From Octopus bimaculoides (taxonomy: Eukaryota): DNA of 39,487 bases. Made by a program: the position numbers and the translations under genes. The DNA lies in contig NC_068992.1 in NCBI RefSeq assembly GCF_001194135.2, positions 51,175,853 to 51,215,339 on the forward strand, read 5' to 3'. Positions 12,755 through 26,620 of this stretch are shown piece after piece (positions within the stretch are counted from its first letter, which is position 1; every line of letters starts with the position of its first letter). Below the pieces are notes generated by a model. The model searched no databases. It was not told the DNA's origin and worked only from the letters and a program-made list of their open reading frames with translations.

Positions 12755-13932
12755 CTCTTTGTCTTTTTATTTGACCATCCTAAATTAATTTTTATTACAG
12801 TAGACAATAAGAATAACAAGCACTTGAGGCTTTTCTATAACAAAACAAACAACATCTATAAACAAAACCTATCCTTTACAATTCTATTAGAGTAAATTTT
12901 TAAATATATCTATATAAATAAGAGTGTTTATTTGTCTCTCTTTTATCTTTTACTTGTTTCAGTCATTTGACTGCTGCCATGCTGGAGCACTGCTTCAATG
13001 AAGTTTTAGTCAAATGAATCAAATCCAGTACTTATTTTTTGTTCAGCCTGATACTTTTTCTATCGGTCTCTTTTTACCAAACAGCTACATTATTGGGACG
13101 TAAACACAATGGGGGGAAAAAACGGACACACATACACACATACACACATACACACACACATACGATGGGCTTCTTTCAGTTTCTGTCTACCAAATCCACN
13201 NNNNNNNNNNNNNNNNNNNNNNNNNNNNNNNNNNNNNNNNNNNNNNNNNNNNNNNNNNNNNNNNNNNNNNNNNNNNNNNNNNNNNNNNNNNNNNNNNNNA
13301 CCAAATCCACTCACAAGGTTTTGGTTGGCCAGAGGCTATAGTAGAAGACGCTAGCCCAAGGTGCCTTGCAGTGGGACTGAACCTGGTATCATGTAGTTAT
13401 GAAGCGATCTTCTCACCACTCAACCATGCTCATGCCTATCTGTACGAAAGAGAGGCGGATGTATTAGTATGAATGGGTTTGTATGAAAGTATATAATTCT
13501 ATATTGTTATGCATATATGTGTGTGAATATGTGTGCCACTTCACAAATAGATGCTAGTTACTCTAGATGTCAGCACAAAACATGCACCCCAAAAAGAAGT
13601 ATCAATGTATATTTTTAAAAACTTACAAACCCGTGAACAAAGAGTTTTACACAGATTTGCTTTCATACTAATTTATATTCTGAAATATAATTTTAAGAAA
13701 CCCACCTACTCAGAAATTCCTACATACCTTCAAATATCGCCCCCCAGATTCAACCACAGTCGTAATCAGTCAGCTGTTGCATGAAAACTCAGATAGATTG
13801 TCATTTGTAGGTTTAAAAGTCGTATCTATCAACTGTGCACAGAGTAATGAGTTCTATAATGAATAATGTTAGCACCATACAAAATATATTTGTATCTTTT
13901 ATCTTTTGCTTGCTTAAGTCATTAGGCTGTAA

Positions 13933-13975
<43 letters not shown>

Positions 13976-14781
13976 NNNNNNNNNNNNNNNNNNNNNNNNN
14001 NNNNNNNNNNNNNNNNNNNNNNNNNNNNNNNNNNNNNNNNNNNNNNNNNNNNNNNNNNNNNNNNNNNNNNNNNNNNNNNNNNNNNNNNNNNNNNNNNNNN
14101 NNNNNNNNNNNNNNNNNNNNNNNNNNNNNNNNNNNNNNNNNNNNNNNNNNNNNNNNNNNNNNNNNNNNNNNNNNNNNNNNNNNNNNNNNNNNNNNNNNNN
14201 NNNNNNNNNNNNNNNNNNNNNNNNNNNNNNNNNNNNNNNNNNNNNNNNNNNNNNNNNNNNNNNNNNNNNNNNNNNNNNNNNNNNNNNNNNNNNNNNNNNN
14301 NNNNNNNNNNNNNNNNNNNNNNNNNNNNNNNNNNNNNNNNNNNNNNNNNNNNNNNNNNNNNNNNNNNNNNNNNNNNNNNNNNNNNNNNNNNNNNNNNNNN
14401 NNNNNNNNNNNNNNNNNNNNNNNNNNNNNNNNNNNNNNNNNNNNNNNNNNNNNNNNNNNNNNNNNNNNNNNNNNNNNNNNNNNNNNNNNNNNNNNNNNNN
14501 NNNNNNNNNNNNNNNNNNNNNNNNNNNNNNNNNNNNNNNNNNNNNNNNNNNNNNNNNNNNNNNNNNNNNNNNNNNNNNNNNNNNNNNNNNNNNNNNNNNN
14601 NNNNNNNNNNNNNNNNNNNNNNNNNNNNNNNNNNNNNNNNNNNNNNNNNNNNNNNNNNNNNNNNNNNNNNNNNNNNNNNNNNNNNNNNNNNNNNNNNNNN
14701 NNNNNNNNNNNNNNNNNNNNNNNNNNNNNNNNNNNNNNNNNNNNNNNNNNNNNNNNNNNNNNNNNNNNNNNNNNNNNNNNN

Positions 14782-14835
<54 letters not shown>

Positions 14836-15266
14836 CATATTTGTGTGTGTCTTCATGTGCAAAGTGCATATATAGATATATGCAAATACACACATGCATA
14901 TATGAATATATATGCATGTGTGTGTGCATATGTATGAATATATGTACGTATAAATGAGTGTATGGTTTTATGTATACGTGTATGCTTGTATATGTATATA
15001 TATGTATATATATTTGTGTGTATGTTTGCGTATGTAGGTATGCATATTTATATATATGTGTGTGCATGTGTATGTGTATGAAAATATTTTCTAGATTTAA
15101 TGTTTTAGCAAAACATACATACACAAGTTTCATTTATTCAATAGCTCACCTGGTTACCATGATTGATTCAACAATTTTCCTATACACACAAGCCATATTT
15201 ATGTGTACGTATGTGTCCATGCATGAGAGTATCAATATGTGTGTACATGTGTGTGTGCATGCATCT

Positions 15267-15340
<74 letters not shown>

Positions 15341-16013
15341 NNNNNNNNNNNNNNNNNNNNNNNNNNNNNNNNNNNNNNNNNNNNNNNNNNNNNNNNNNNN
15401 NNNNNNNNNNNNNNNNNNNNNNNNNNNNNNNNNNNNNNNNNNNNNNNNNNNNNNNNNNNNNNNNNNNNNNNNNNNNNNNNNNNNNNNNNNNNNNNNNNNN
15501 NNNNNNNNNNNNNNNNNNNNNNNNNNNNNNNNNNNNNNNNNNNNNNNNNNNNNNNNNNNNNNNNNNNNNNNNNNNNNNNNNNNNNNNNNNNNNNNNNNNN
15601 NNNNNNNNNNNNNNNNNNNNNNNNNNNNNNNNNNNNNNNNNNNNNNNNNNNNNNNNNNNNNNNNNNNNNNNNNNNNNNNNNNNNNNNNNNNNNNNNNNNN
15701 NNNNNNNNNNNNNNNNNNNNNNNNNNNNNNNNNNNNNNNNNNNNNNNNNNNNNNNNNNNNNNNNNNNNNNNNNNNNNNNNNNNNNNNNNNNNNNNNNNNN
15801 NNNNNNNNNNNNNNNNNNNNNNNNNNNNNNNNNNNNNNNNNNNNNNNNNNNNNNNNNNNNNNNNNNNNNNNNNNNNNNNNNNNNNNNNNNNNNNNNNNNN
15901 NNNNNNNNNNNNATATATATATATATATATATATTCATACACACACACACACATACATACATACATATATATATATATATTCATACACACACACACACAC
16001 ATACATATATACA

Positions 16014-16053
<40 letters not shown>

Positions 16054-16700
16054 TATATATACATATACATATACAGTCTATTTCCCTATTTTGACAGCCT
16101 GTTTATCAGATTTTCTTGGTCCCATTAACAGACATCTTTTAAGTACTAATTTCACTTCTGCACACCCACTTTTCTATCTTCATCCCGTTTTCCCCCTTTA
16201 TATATTTCGATTTACCCACCTCTCTATGCTTCATAATTGTCCCTTCCTTTTCAACTTATTCATATTTATAAATACAATTGTCTAACAAGGTTTCACATCA
16301 TATGTCTTTCAAAATCCATGCTTGCCTACAATATTATTTGCATGTAATATTATTGCCTACAATATTATTTTACCTAAAATATATCTTGATTTAATTTCAT
16401 AATATACATGATATAAAAACCAGTTATTATTTTTTTTATGTGAAACAGCTGTAAGGATAAGACTTGGTTGCTCCATTTTGGCAACGTTCCATGTGCATAC
16501 ATTCTTTATCCCTTCTTTTGTTTTTCTCTCATCTTTGCTTCCACTCACACTCAATGAAGATCAGTCTTGTAGTAACCTTATAAATCTTAGTGCTACATTC
16601 CACAGCTAAAAGAGATAGAGTAAAAGTTTTAATGTATTTGAACACTACATAGCGACTATCTTCACCATGCTTACTTAAGCATTCTTCAGTACATTCTTTA

Positions 16701-16781
<81 letters not shown>

Positions 16782-16919
16782 GTCTGTCTTTTTCTCTCTC
16801 TACACACACATACACACATATATACATACACACACACACACACACGCACATATATATATACAACGACGATGATGATGATGATGATATATATGTATATAAA
16901 TATATATGCCACTATACAT

Positions 16920-16982
<63 letters not shown>

Positions 16983-17900
16983 NNNNNNNNNNNNNNNNNN
17001 NNNNNNNNNNNNNNNNNNNNNNNNNNNNNNNNNNNNNNNNNNNNNNNNNNNNNNNNNNNNNNNNNNNNNNNNNNNNNNNNNNNNNNNNNNNNNNNNNNNN
17101 NNNNNNNNNNNNNNNNNNNNNNNNNNNNNNNNNNNNNNNNNNNNNNNNNNNNNNNNNNNNNNNNNNNNNNNNNNNNNNNNNNNNNNNNNNNNNNNNNNNN
17201 NNNNNNNNNNNNNNNNNNNNNNNNNNNNNNNNNNNNNNNNNNNNNNNNNNNNNNNNNNNNNNNNNNNNNNNNNNNNNNNNNNNNNNNNNNNNNNNNNNNN
17301 NNNNNNNNNNNNNNNNNNNNNNNNNNNNNNNNNNNNNNNNNNNNNNNNNNNNNNNNNNNNNNNNNNNNNNNNNNNNNNNNNNNNNNNNNNNNNNNNNNNN
17401 NNNNNNNNNNNNNNNNNNNNNNNNNNNNNNNNNNNNNNNNNNNNNNNNNNNNNNNNNNNNNNNNNNNNNNNNNNNNNNNNNNNNNNNNNNNNNNNNNNNN
17501 NNNNNNNNNNNNNNNNNNNNNNNNNNNNNNNNNNNNNNNNNNNNNNNNNNNNNNNNNNNNNNNNNNNNNNNNNNNNNNNNNNNNNNNNNNNNNNNNNNNT
17601 ATATATATATATATATATATGCATCAGTATTCATATATTTGTGCACGTGTGCATATACATACACAGAAGCACACACACACACACATATGCACATGCACAC
17701 ACACTCACACACATACACATATGCATATATATATGTATATATTAGCATCACTTGTCATTTCCTCTTTAAATCTAAACTATATTATCCTTCCATGTAGCCT
17801 GGAGATCCATGGACTGTATGCTTGGAAACTGATCAATAATTCGATAAGAGAAAATTCAATTTATTATTCAGCATTAATTTTTATCCACCTCCTCTTCTAT

Positions 17901-17936
<36 letters not shown>

Positions 17937-17954
17937 GTCATCATCATCATCGTT

Positions 17955-18051
<97 letters not shown>

Positions 18052-18075
18052 TCGTCATCGTCGTCATCGTCATCG

Positions 18076-18128
<53 letters not shown>

Positions 18129-18145
18129 GTCATCATCGTCATCAT

Positions 18146-18186
<41 letters not shown>

Positions 18187-19482
18187 GCATCATCATCATC
18201 AGCACCATCAACATCACCATTCCTTTATTTACATTGTTGTATTTTATTTCCCCTATACACCGTTATGTTTTGCCTATCTTTCCCCGCTCTGACTTTGCCT
18301 CTTCAGTTTTCTCCAGCTTCAATATTTTCCATTGATCTTCTTTTTCGTTAATTCCTACTTCAACTGCCAGAAATCAACTTGAGAAGGAAGCAAATTCTAT
18401 ACAAAAGCAACAGAAAAACTGAAAATGCAGAAGAAGAACAATGAAACACTACAACATTTACTGAATGATATATTGGTAAAGAATTTATATAAATATGTTC
18501 ACATATGACTGTATGCATAGCCAGAAAGATACAGTATATACATGTATATATGTAAACGAGTATATCTATCTATCTATCTATTGATCTATCTATCTAGCTA
18601 GCTAGCTCTCTCTCTCTCTCTCTCTCTCTATCGGTCTCTTTTGCTGAACCGCTAAGTGATGGGGACATAAACACACCAGCATCGGTTGTCAAGCAATTCT
18701 AAGGGGACAAACACAGAGACACAAACATACACACACATACATATATATATATATACATATATACGACGGGCTTCTTTCAGTTTCCATCTACCAAATCCAC
18801 TCAAGGCTTTGGTCGGCCCAAGGCTATAGTAGAAGACACTTGCCCAAGATGCCATGCATCTGAAGTTTGTAACTATATCGCATCAGCCATGCATATTTCA
18901 AACATCACTTCTGCATCATCAGGCATTGTTGAGAATCCCAGAAAGACAGTTTGTCACATCAAAGATCAAGGGACTCCATTTGATATCAGGTGAAAATAAT
19001 AGATCATCCACGCCCACATATTAATGGCAGTGGCCATTGCAAAATCTGCATTGCAGAGAGAACCAAAATTCTTAAGGACTATATTAAACCTGACGCATTA
19101 AATAATCGTAAAGAAGTTTTCTCTAAATGTGTCCACTTGAAGCATTACCTACTGGAAAATTGGATCTCCCTGTTGCAGGTTAAGCATTTTTGGGTCGGTA
19201 TGGATTGTTTTAATCCTCTTGTCCAGGGGAAACAACCCATCCTCATTAACGTTTTTACATGTTAGGTCTTAAATCTTGATATCTGAGCATTTCCTCATGT
19301 ACGCATGGTGGAAACTTAAAATTTTTTTTGTCTTTGTATAGAGTCTGATGAGCTGTCCACAAAGCTTTGACTTTCATGAATACGAAACCTCGGGTAACTC
19401 TATGACCAGAATTTAAATTTTTATTCTAATAATTACTGATCTATTCTTTAGAGTGTGATTCTACTCTGATATATGTTTTATT

Positions 19483-19522
<40 letters not shown>

Positions 19523-22500
19523 TTATATTTGAAAAATATTTGAAAGAACCAGAAATCATTTATCATCCTAATTTTCATCATTCCTCTTTCCTTTTCATGT
19601 GTTTGTAGCAGGTCGAAGGATCATTTTTGTACTTTCTTTTATAGCCAGCATCCCCTATTTGCCTCCATTGTTTCTCATGTCTTCCCAATTTTTATTTTCC
19701 ATTACTTGTTCCTCACTTATTTACCTGACACCATTTATATGTATCACCTGCATAATCTCTGCACTTGATTTCTTTATAGTCATTTTTTTCCTCTTAGTTT
19801 ATTTGTTGTCTGTTTTTCATGCACACTACAATTATACATCCAGCGGAGCATGCTTGTTTCATGTCTTGCAAGCTTTGCTACATACAATCAGGTTTCAGGG
19901 TCTGTGCTTTCTGTCCATGCAACATTGAATCTTGTTCACAACTATCATGCTATTTGCCTTCACTTGGAGAGAGAATTCTTTTGAATTTAGCAGAGGTAAT
20001 GACTCACTAAATATTTTTCTACCCATTTTCTTATCCTAGTCAGTCAGCGTTTAGAATGGCCCTCTTCACAGGTAATTTGGTCACTAAGCTAATAGTAGAT
20101 AGCAACTGCTTATGAAAGAATTTATTTTATGGGAAGTCTTACTGCAAATAATTCTTGCATAACTAAGGTAGTGAATTGGCAGAGTCGTTAGAATCTGAAG
20201 TAGAATGTTTTGCAACATTGTTCAGATAATTTGTATTTTGAGTTCAAATCACACTGGAATCACTTGTCTGTATGCCCTAATTTCCAGCATACAAGCCAAA
20301 ATTTTCAGACCAAAATTTACAACCGAAAATAGCAGGTCAACTTAAGCATCAAGATGACTTTCAAGGGACAAAATTTCATGTGAAATGCAGCAGGATTTTG
20401 AAAGATAGGGACAATGTTTGGATGTTTACACCACTTGTTTACACTATACACTACATCAACCTATTTACCAGAAAATATGATAATCCTTTCAGGGTCATAA
20501 AAAAGAACCAATCCAAGGTAAAAGATCGTTAGGAAATTGGATGAGATGCCTTGTATAAGGTATTTGTTCCAAATCCTTGCGTTCTGACAGCAATGTCTAT
20601 AATGAAACTGGTGCTAAGGTATATCAGACCAAGTTGGCAGTCATTTTCTCAGATTAATTCTTTAATTCTTCAAAAGATTCAACTGCAAGAACAAGGTTAT
20701 TAGCATACAAGAGCTTCTACCCTTAAACTCCTTTATTATGACCTGGAAAATTATAATGAAGACCAGGAAACTGATACCTAAGTCAGATGGAAACCAATCA
20801 ATTTGTTAAATTCTTTGCTGATCTCATTGGTGCCACATTACAGTCAACATCCTTGTACATGGCTTGCAGAGCTCCCATGCTCCATTTTCCTATACTTAGT
20901 TTCCTTAGTGAGCATCACATTACAGACCTTGCTGCCCGGTTGAGGACAGTCTGTGTATCAATGAATGTTATAGTAGCTTGGTCATTGAGAAGAATGTTTT
21001 AACAAAGTAGAAATATTTCGAAATGTTATACAGGAATTAGCAGCAGAATACCTTCTGTACATGCATATATGGTACAGATGTGTGTATGTATGTGTGTTTG
21101 TGAATATGTATGTGTGTGTGTGTGAACATGCATGTCTGTGTGTATATGTGTGAGTGTGTTGTATATACACACAAATGTCTACACATATGTGTGTATGTAT
21201 GTATGTGTGTTTGTGAATGTGTATGTGTGTGTGTGTGTGTGAACATTCATGTTTGTGTGTATATGTGTGAGTGTGTTGTATATACACACAAATGTCTACA
21301 CATATGTGTACTCACAGAATGGACTGAAAGTATTTGTTCAATCAGAAGAATAAATATTTGATCAAATTATTAGATTCTCTCTAATAACTTCCTGGAAGCA
21401 ATGAAGAAGAAACGTTTTTTTTTTCCCTACCGCTAGCATCAGCAGGGTGGGACACACAATCATAGAGACTGTAGTCTTCTGGAAGGAATAATTATAAAAA
21501 AGATACATATGACTAGACTAACCTTAATTTTCTTCTGCCATGGGGAAACTAGCAAAATTAGAGACGACAAATCTCTTCTAATTAGAGTAATTATAGAGGA
21601 GCATAAATGGAATTTTTGGTGGGAGAAGGGTGAGAATTCTTAATTCTATATGAAATGGTCATACTGGAGCACTGGTTTCCAGAGGATTTACTCAATTATA
21701 TCAAATTGTACAAATATTTTGGTACATGATTTTATTGATCTACTAGAGTTGTATTCATTTATATGATGGATTATTTTTGGAATATTTATTTTGCTATTCC
21801 ACATGATATCCAAACTGTAACACTGGTACAATAATAATTAGGAATATTTTTTGAGCATTAATTTCATTCATTATAATCATGATGACGATGATCATGATGA
21901 TGATGATCATCATCATCATCACCATCATCAGACGTAAACATCTGGTATGAATGCTGGTATGGGTCTGACAAGTTGGAGGATAGTGTCATGTCTCGGTGTC
22001 TATTTTGGTATAGTTTCTATAAATGGATACCCTTCTTCATGCCAGCCATATAGTGTTCTGGGCACTGGGCACTTTTTATGACGCCAGCACTAGTGATGAT
22101 CTCATAACTTGTACCCTGAATTCATCCTACCCTGAATATATATATATAAGANNNNNNNNNNNNNNNNNNNNNNNNNNNNNNNNNNNNNNNNNNNNNNNNN
22201 NNNNNNNNNNNNNNNNNNNNNNNNNNNNNNTATTCTCTTTTACTTGTTTCAGTCATTTGACTGCGGCCATGCTGGAGCACCACCTTTAGTCGAGCAAATC
22301 GACCGCAGGACTTATTCTTTGTAAGCTTAGTACTTATTCTATTGGCCTCCTTTGCTGAACCACTAGGTTATGGGGATGTAAACACACCATCATCGGTTGT
22401 CAACCAAAGGCGGTGGGGACAAACACAGACACACAAGCATATACATATACGATGGGCTTCTTTCAGTTTCTTATTTCTTTATTGCCTGCAGGGGCTACAC

Positions 22501-23073
22501 ACAGAGGGGACAAACAAGGACAGACAAATGGATTAAGTTAATTATATTGACCCCAGTGCATAACTGGTACTTATTTAATTGACCCCGAAAGGATGAAAGA
22601 CAAAGTCAACATCAGCGGAATTTGAACTCGGAACGTAGCGGTAGACGAAATACCGCTAAGCATTTCACCCAGCATGCTAATGTTTCTGCCAGCTCGGCGC
22701 TTCTTTCCGTTTCTGTCTACCGAATCCACTCACAAGACTTTAGTCAGCCCAAGGCTATAGGAGAAGACACTTGCCCAAGGTTCCATGCAGTGGGACTGAA
22801 CCCAGAACCATGTAGTTGGGAAGCAAGCTTCTTACCTCACAGCCATGTTCACTATATCGTCTTCTTTCTCATTCATCTTGTTGTCTCCAAAACATGCTAA
22901 ACTGATTATCATGTATGTTTTTAACTTTTTGTTCACCACAACAACATCAGGTTTCCGATGTTTCTTCTGGTGCTCACACTAAATCATTGCATTCCACAGA
23001 ATCTTGCAATCTTCATTTTCAGTAACTTCTTCTGGGATTTCGTCATACAACACCTTTGGACTTTGGACTTTGT

Positions 23074-23119
<46 letters not shown>

Positions 23120-24304
23120 GGATATATTTGAAATCCTTGAAGTTCTTCTACTCTATGGTACTGGTTTACTGTTATAATATCAAAAAATATCTCAATTTAT
23201 TTGAATATGATCAGCAAGGAGGAGTGGCAATATTGAATTAAAAATCTGTCAGTTATTTTTGTTACAATGTTTTAACATCTGTCTCTTATCTAATGGATAG
23301 CAAAAATATATACAGAAATATTTAATTAATTGATCAATTGTTCCTATGATTTTACAATGAAAAATGCTGCTTGCTTGTAGATAATTCCCAACTACAGCGA
23401 TAGCAACAGATTGAGACATGTCGGAGCCATGGATATTTCAAAAAATTAAAAAGAAAATCACACAAAAGATGGTTTCCTTTATCAAAGTTTTGCAATATAC
23501 ATATTCAGAAATAGAATGTGTTTTCTATTCATCTTCCCCCCCCCCCCCATCCATAGCTATCTTAAACCAGAGAGCTCAGATAGATTGAAAATCTGATGGA
23601 AGATAAATATGAGTGGAATAATATAATATTTCTGTTGTTGAAAATTGTTATATAATTGTCAATAGATTCATGAAATGTTGTTTGAATGATTTATGATGGT
23701 TAAAAATAAAAAAAAAGCGACAGGCTCCATTGCTGTAAAAAAAGGAAAAATCGAATATACAACTAACATGAAATACATCCTTATTATCTGGCAGATTACT
23801 TCTCTTTTGTCTAATTGAGATAAAACAATATATAGAAATAATTACATTTTGGAAGAGTCATTTCAGCTATTTAAGAACCTACAAAAATCTGTTCACTTTC
23901 ATTTATTACTAAAATAGTATTATCTATTATGAAGAATTGAAAACTTTCATCACATTTCTGTGGCTTAGTTACCAACAGAATTCCACTACATCTCGTGGGA
24001 GTCAGTTGCAGGTTACATTTTTAAAAGCCTGAAGAGCATTTTCTTTCTTTCTTCCTTCCTTCCATCTTTCTTTCTTTCTTTCTTTCTTTTTTCCTTCCTT
24101 CTTTCCTAATTTCCTTCCTTCCTTCTGCCTTTCCTTCTTTCTTTTACTATCTTTCTTTTTCTCCTTTTTTTCTTTCCTTCCTTCCTTCTTTCATTCCTTC
24201 CTACTTTCTTTCTTTCCTTCTTTTCTTCCTTCTTTCTTTACTTCCTTCTTTCTCTTACCATCTTTCTTTTACCTTCTTTCTTTCTTTTTGCCCTTATTTA
24301 TAAT

Positions 24305-24349
<45 letters not shown>

Positions 24350-26463
24350 TTTTTACGGTATCTGTGTGCTTGTCTAGAAATGTGTCATCCCCTGTTTGGA
24401 GTTTAGACCATTTCTTGTAGATGAATTTCTTTTGGTGTTTGCAGCATGGCAAGAGTTCATTTCTTTTGTCTAGACCTTATATACTCAGTGTGATCATGTG
24501 GTATCGTTTGTGGATGGATTTCATTTATGTAAAATGGTGCTCACCATCATGTAAATTATTTACAAATTATTAGAATAGTGAATTTGTATCTTTTGTAATG
24601 GGAGGCAAGGTTCACGATATCAGCTGATAATTGCCTTCTCCCATTAATTTTTGTTCTTTGTGTTGTTTCAGGCTTCAGCAGGCGAGGAAAGAAGTCTTAA
24701 GTAAAATGCAGATTCTCAACCAGTTTTATTTACAAGTTACACAGAAGGTGAAGTGTGTTGCTCTCAGTTGCCATCTCAAGCTGTGTGCGTTTGTTGTATC
24801 TTCGTTACATGGGCCCATTGCCTCTGGAGATACAACTTGCAGACTAGCCTAGAGAACCCAGCCAGCGAAATGTGTTCAGCAAGCACTTGCGGTGAATAAG
24901 AACTAGAATCTGTTTGCTTGGCCCTTATATCCAGTTTGCCATCACGAGCCTCATTGTGATCTTGCAGATGGCAAATGGATACAGGTGAGGTGTCACTCCA
25001 GTCTCAGAGATGGCAATGGCTGCCGCAAGATCTCATCCAATATGGCGCTGACTGCCTGTGCCACTACACTTGTATTATTCATAAAAAACATTGTTATTAA
25101 TGCTTCAAACAAATAATACAACAAATATGATAACTCATTACTTCTTGCCACAAAACACCAACCCACAGACACACATAGACCAAAATAATCCTTACATCAT
25201 GAAGCACATTAGGTTCAAACAATTATTCCATTGGATCCAACCATATTTGACCAATCCGAACAAATCAATATTCAAAACCTTCACTTCTCCCTTAGGTGCC
25301 TTTTAAGAAATGCCTGTTGGTGCATGCTCTTGAGCCAGGTTTCTGGTCTAATAATAACTTCCTCCCAGTTTCAGAAACACTGTGGAGTTTTGGGACTAAA
25401 ATGTGTAAATAACCAAGGAGAAAATATAGGATGATCATACTTTTATTTATGGGTTTATTTAACACAGGCTGACCTGGGGCTAAAAAATATCACTTAATCT
25501 GCTAGAAAAGCAGCTAAATCTTATTCCAATTGCACTCAGGTGTATTATGAGAAAACGAAGAGTATAAAAGAATGTAGTTCTAGATATGCTATGTCAGAAA
25601 ATAAAATTGTCTTAGATGTATCATATTTAAATATAATGTGATCCTAGACACATTATGTCTCAATAGGATCTGGTCCCAAGTCTATGAGCTGGCAGGATCA
25701 TTAACACACCAGGCAAAATGCTCAGTGGAATTTCATCTCTGTCTTTACATTCTGAGCTCAAATTCCACTGAGGTCAAATTTGCCTGTCATCCTATCAGGG
25801 TCGATAAAATAAGTACTAATCAAGCACTGGGGTTGATGTAACTGACATACCCAATTCCCCGAAACCGCTAGCCCTGTGCCAAAATTTGAAACCAATATGA
25901 TGTGGAGCTAATATACCATGCCTTGCTTAAATATAGCCCGAGATATACTACATCTGAATATATGATGAGTTGGTTACAGTTTGAACTTCTCTAGTAATAG
26001 ATTGGTTGGATCAGAAGTGATCTACAGTTAAATAACAACCAACATTCTACTCCTTGCTGCAAAATATGAACGAGAAAAACAGAATTATAACAATATCTCA
26101 TTGATTGTCATGTCTGCCTCAATATTTCAAATGTTTACAATTCCATAAGCATATTTACAACAATAGTAATAACTAAAATATCTCTATATGTAATAGTTTT
26201 ATATATTTATATTGCTGTTTTAGTTCCCAAGGAAAAATATTGATCCTCTTGAAAAAAATGTGCTATCAACATCATTGTTATTATTGTTGTTGTTGCTGTT
26301 GTAGACGTTATTACTGTTATTATTATTATTATTTTTATTGTGATTGTTATTGTTGTTGATGATAATGTTTTTGTTATTCCAACTTTAAACTTACATATTT
26401 GAATTTGAACATAATTTTAGCTATATCCATAAACTAGAGAATATTTCATAATTATAGATAAGT

Positions 26464-26497
<34 letters not shown>

Positions 26498-26574
26498 AAT
26501 ATATATACATGTATGTATATATAAATATGTATACATACACATATATACATATATGTGTATATGTCCATATACAT

Positions 26575-26620
<46 letters not shown>

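Noticed and set aside
13200-13299. 100-N gap as missing sequence or insertion
   Set aside because: Both flanks carry the same accaaatccac and the SINE consensus is contiguous, so it is an unmerged overlap.
16442-16462. GAAACAGCTGTA-AGGATAAG as a complete hammerhead
   Set aside because: There is no CTGANGA core or matching stem I upstream; it is noted only as a half-motif.
13813-18335. Long ORFs (270-490 aa) in the supplied track, and similar ones at 8949-9395, 32862-33410, 34173-35056 and 38399-38711
   Set aside because: They consist of N gaps (X) and TA/TG/ATC microsatellite translations.
19599-19928. 109-aa hydrophobic ORF that looks like a membrane protein
   Set aside because: It is the T-rich antisense of the RTE fragment on the minus strand.
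20272-20352. Possible Tc1/pogo-type terminal fragment
   Set aside because: It is too short and diverged, with no partner TIR, to call.
24853-25110. Same-frame continuation after exon 24672 with two TAG codons (readthrough idea)
   Set aside because: A GC-richer stretch has fewer stops by chance. There is no recoding signal or homology support.
25090-25310. Possible NUMT (A/C-skewed strand)
   Set aside because: No translation resembled a mitochondrial protein that I could recognise.
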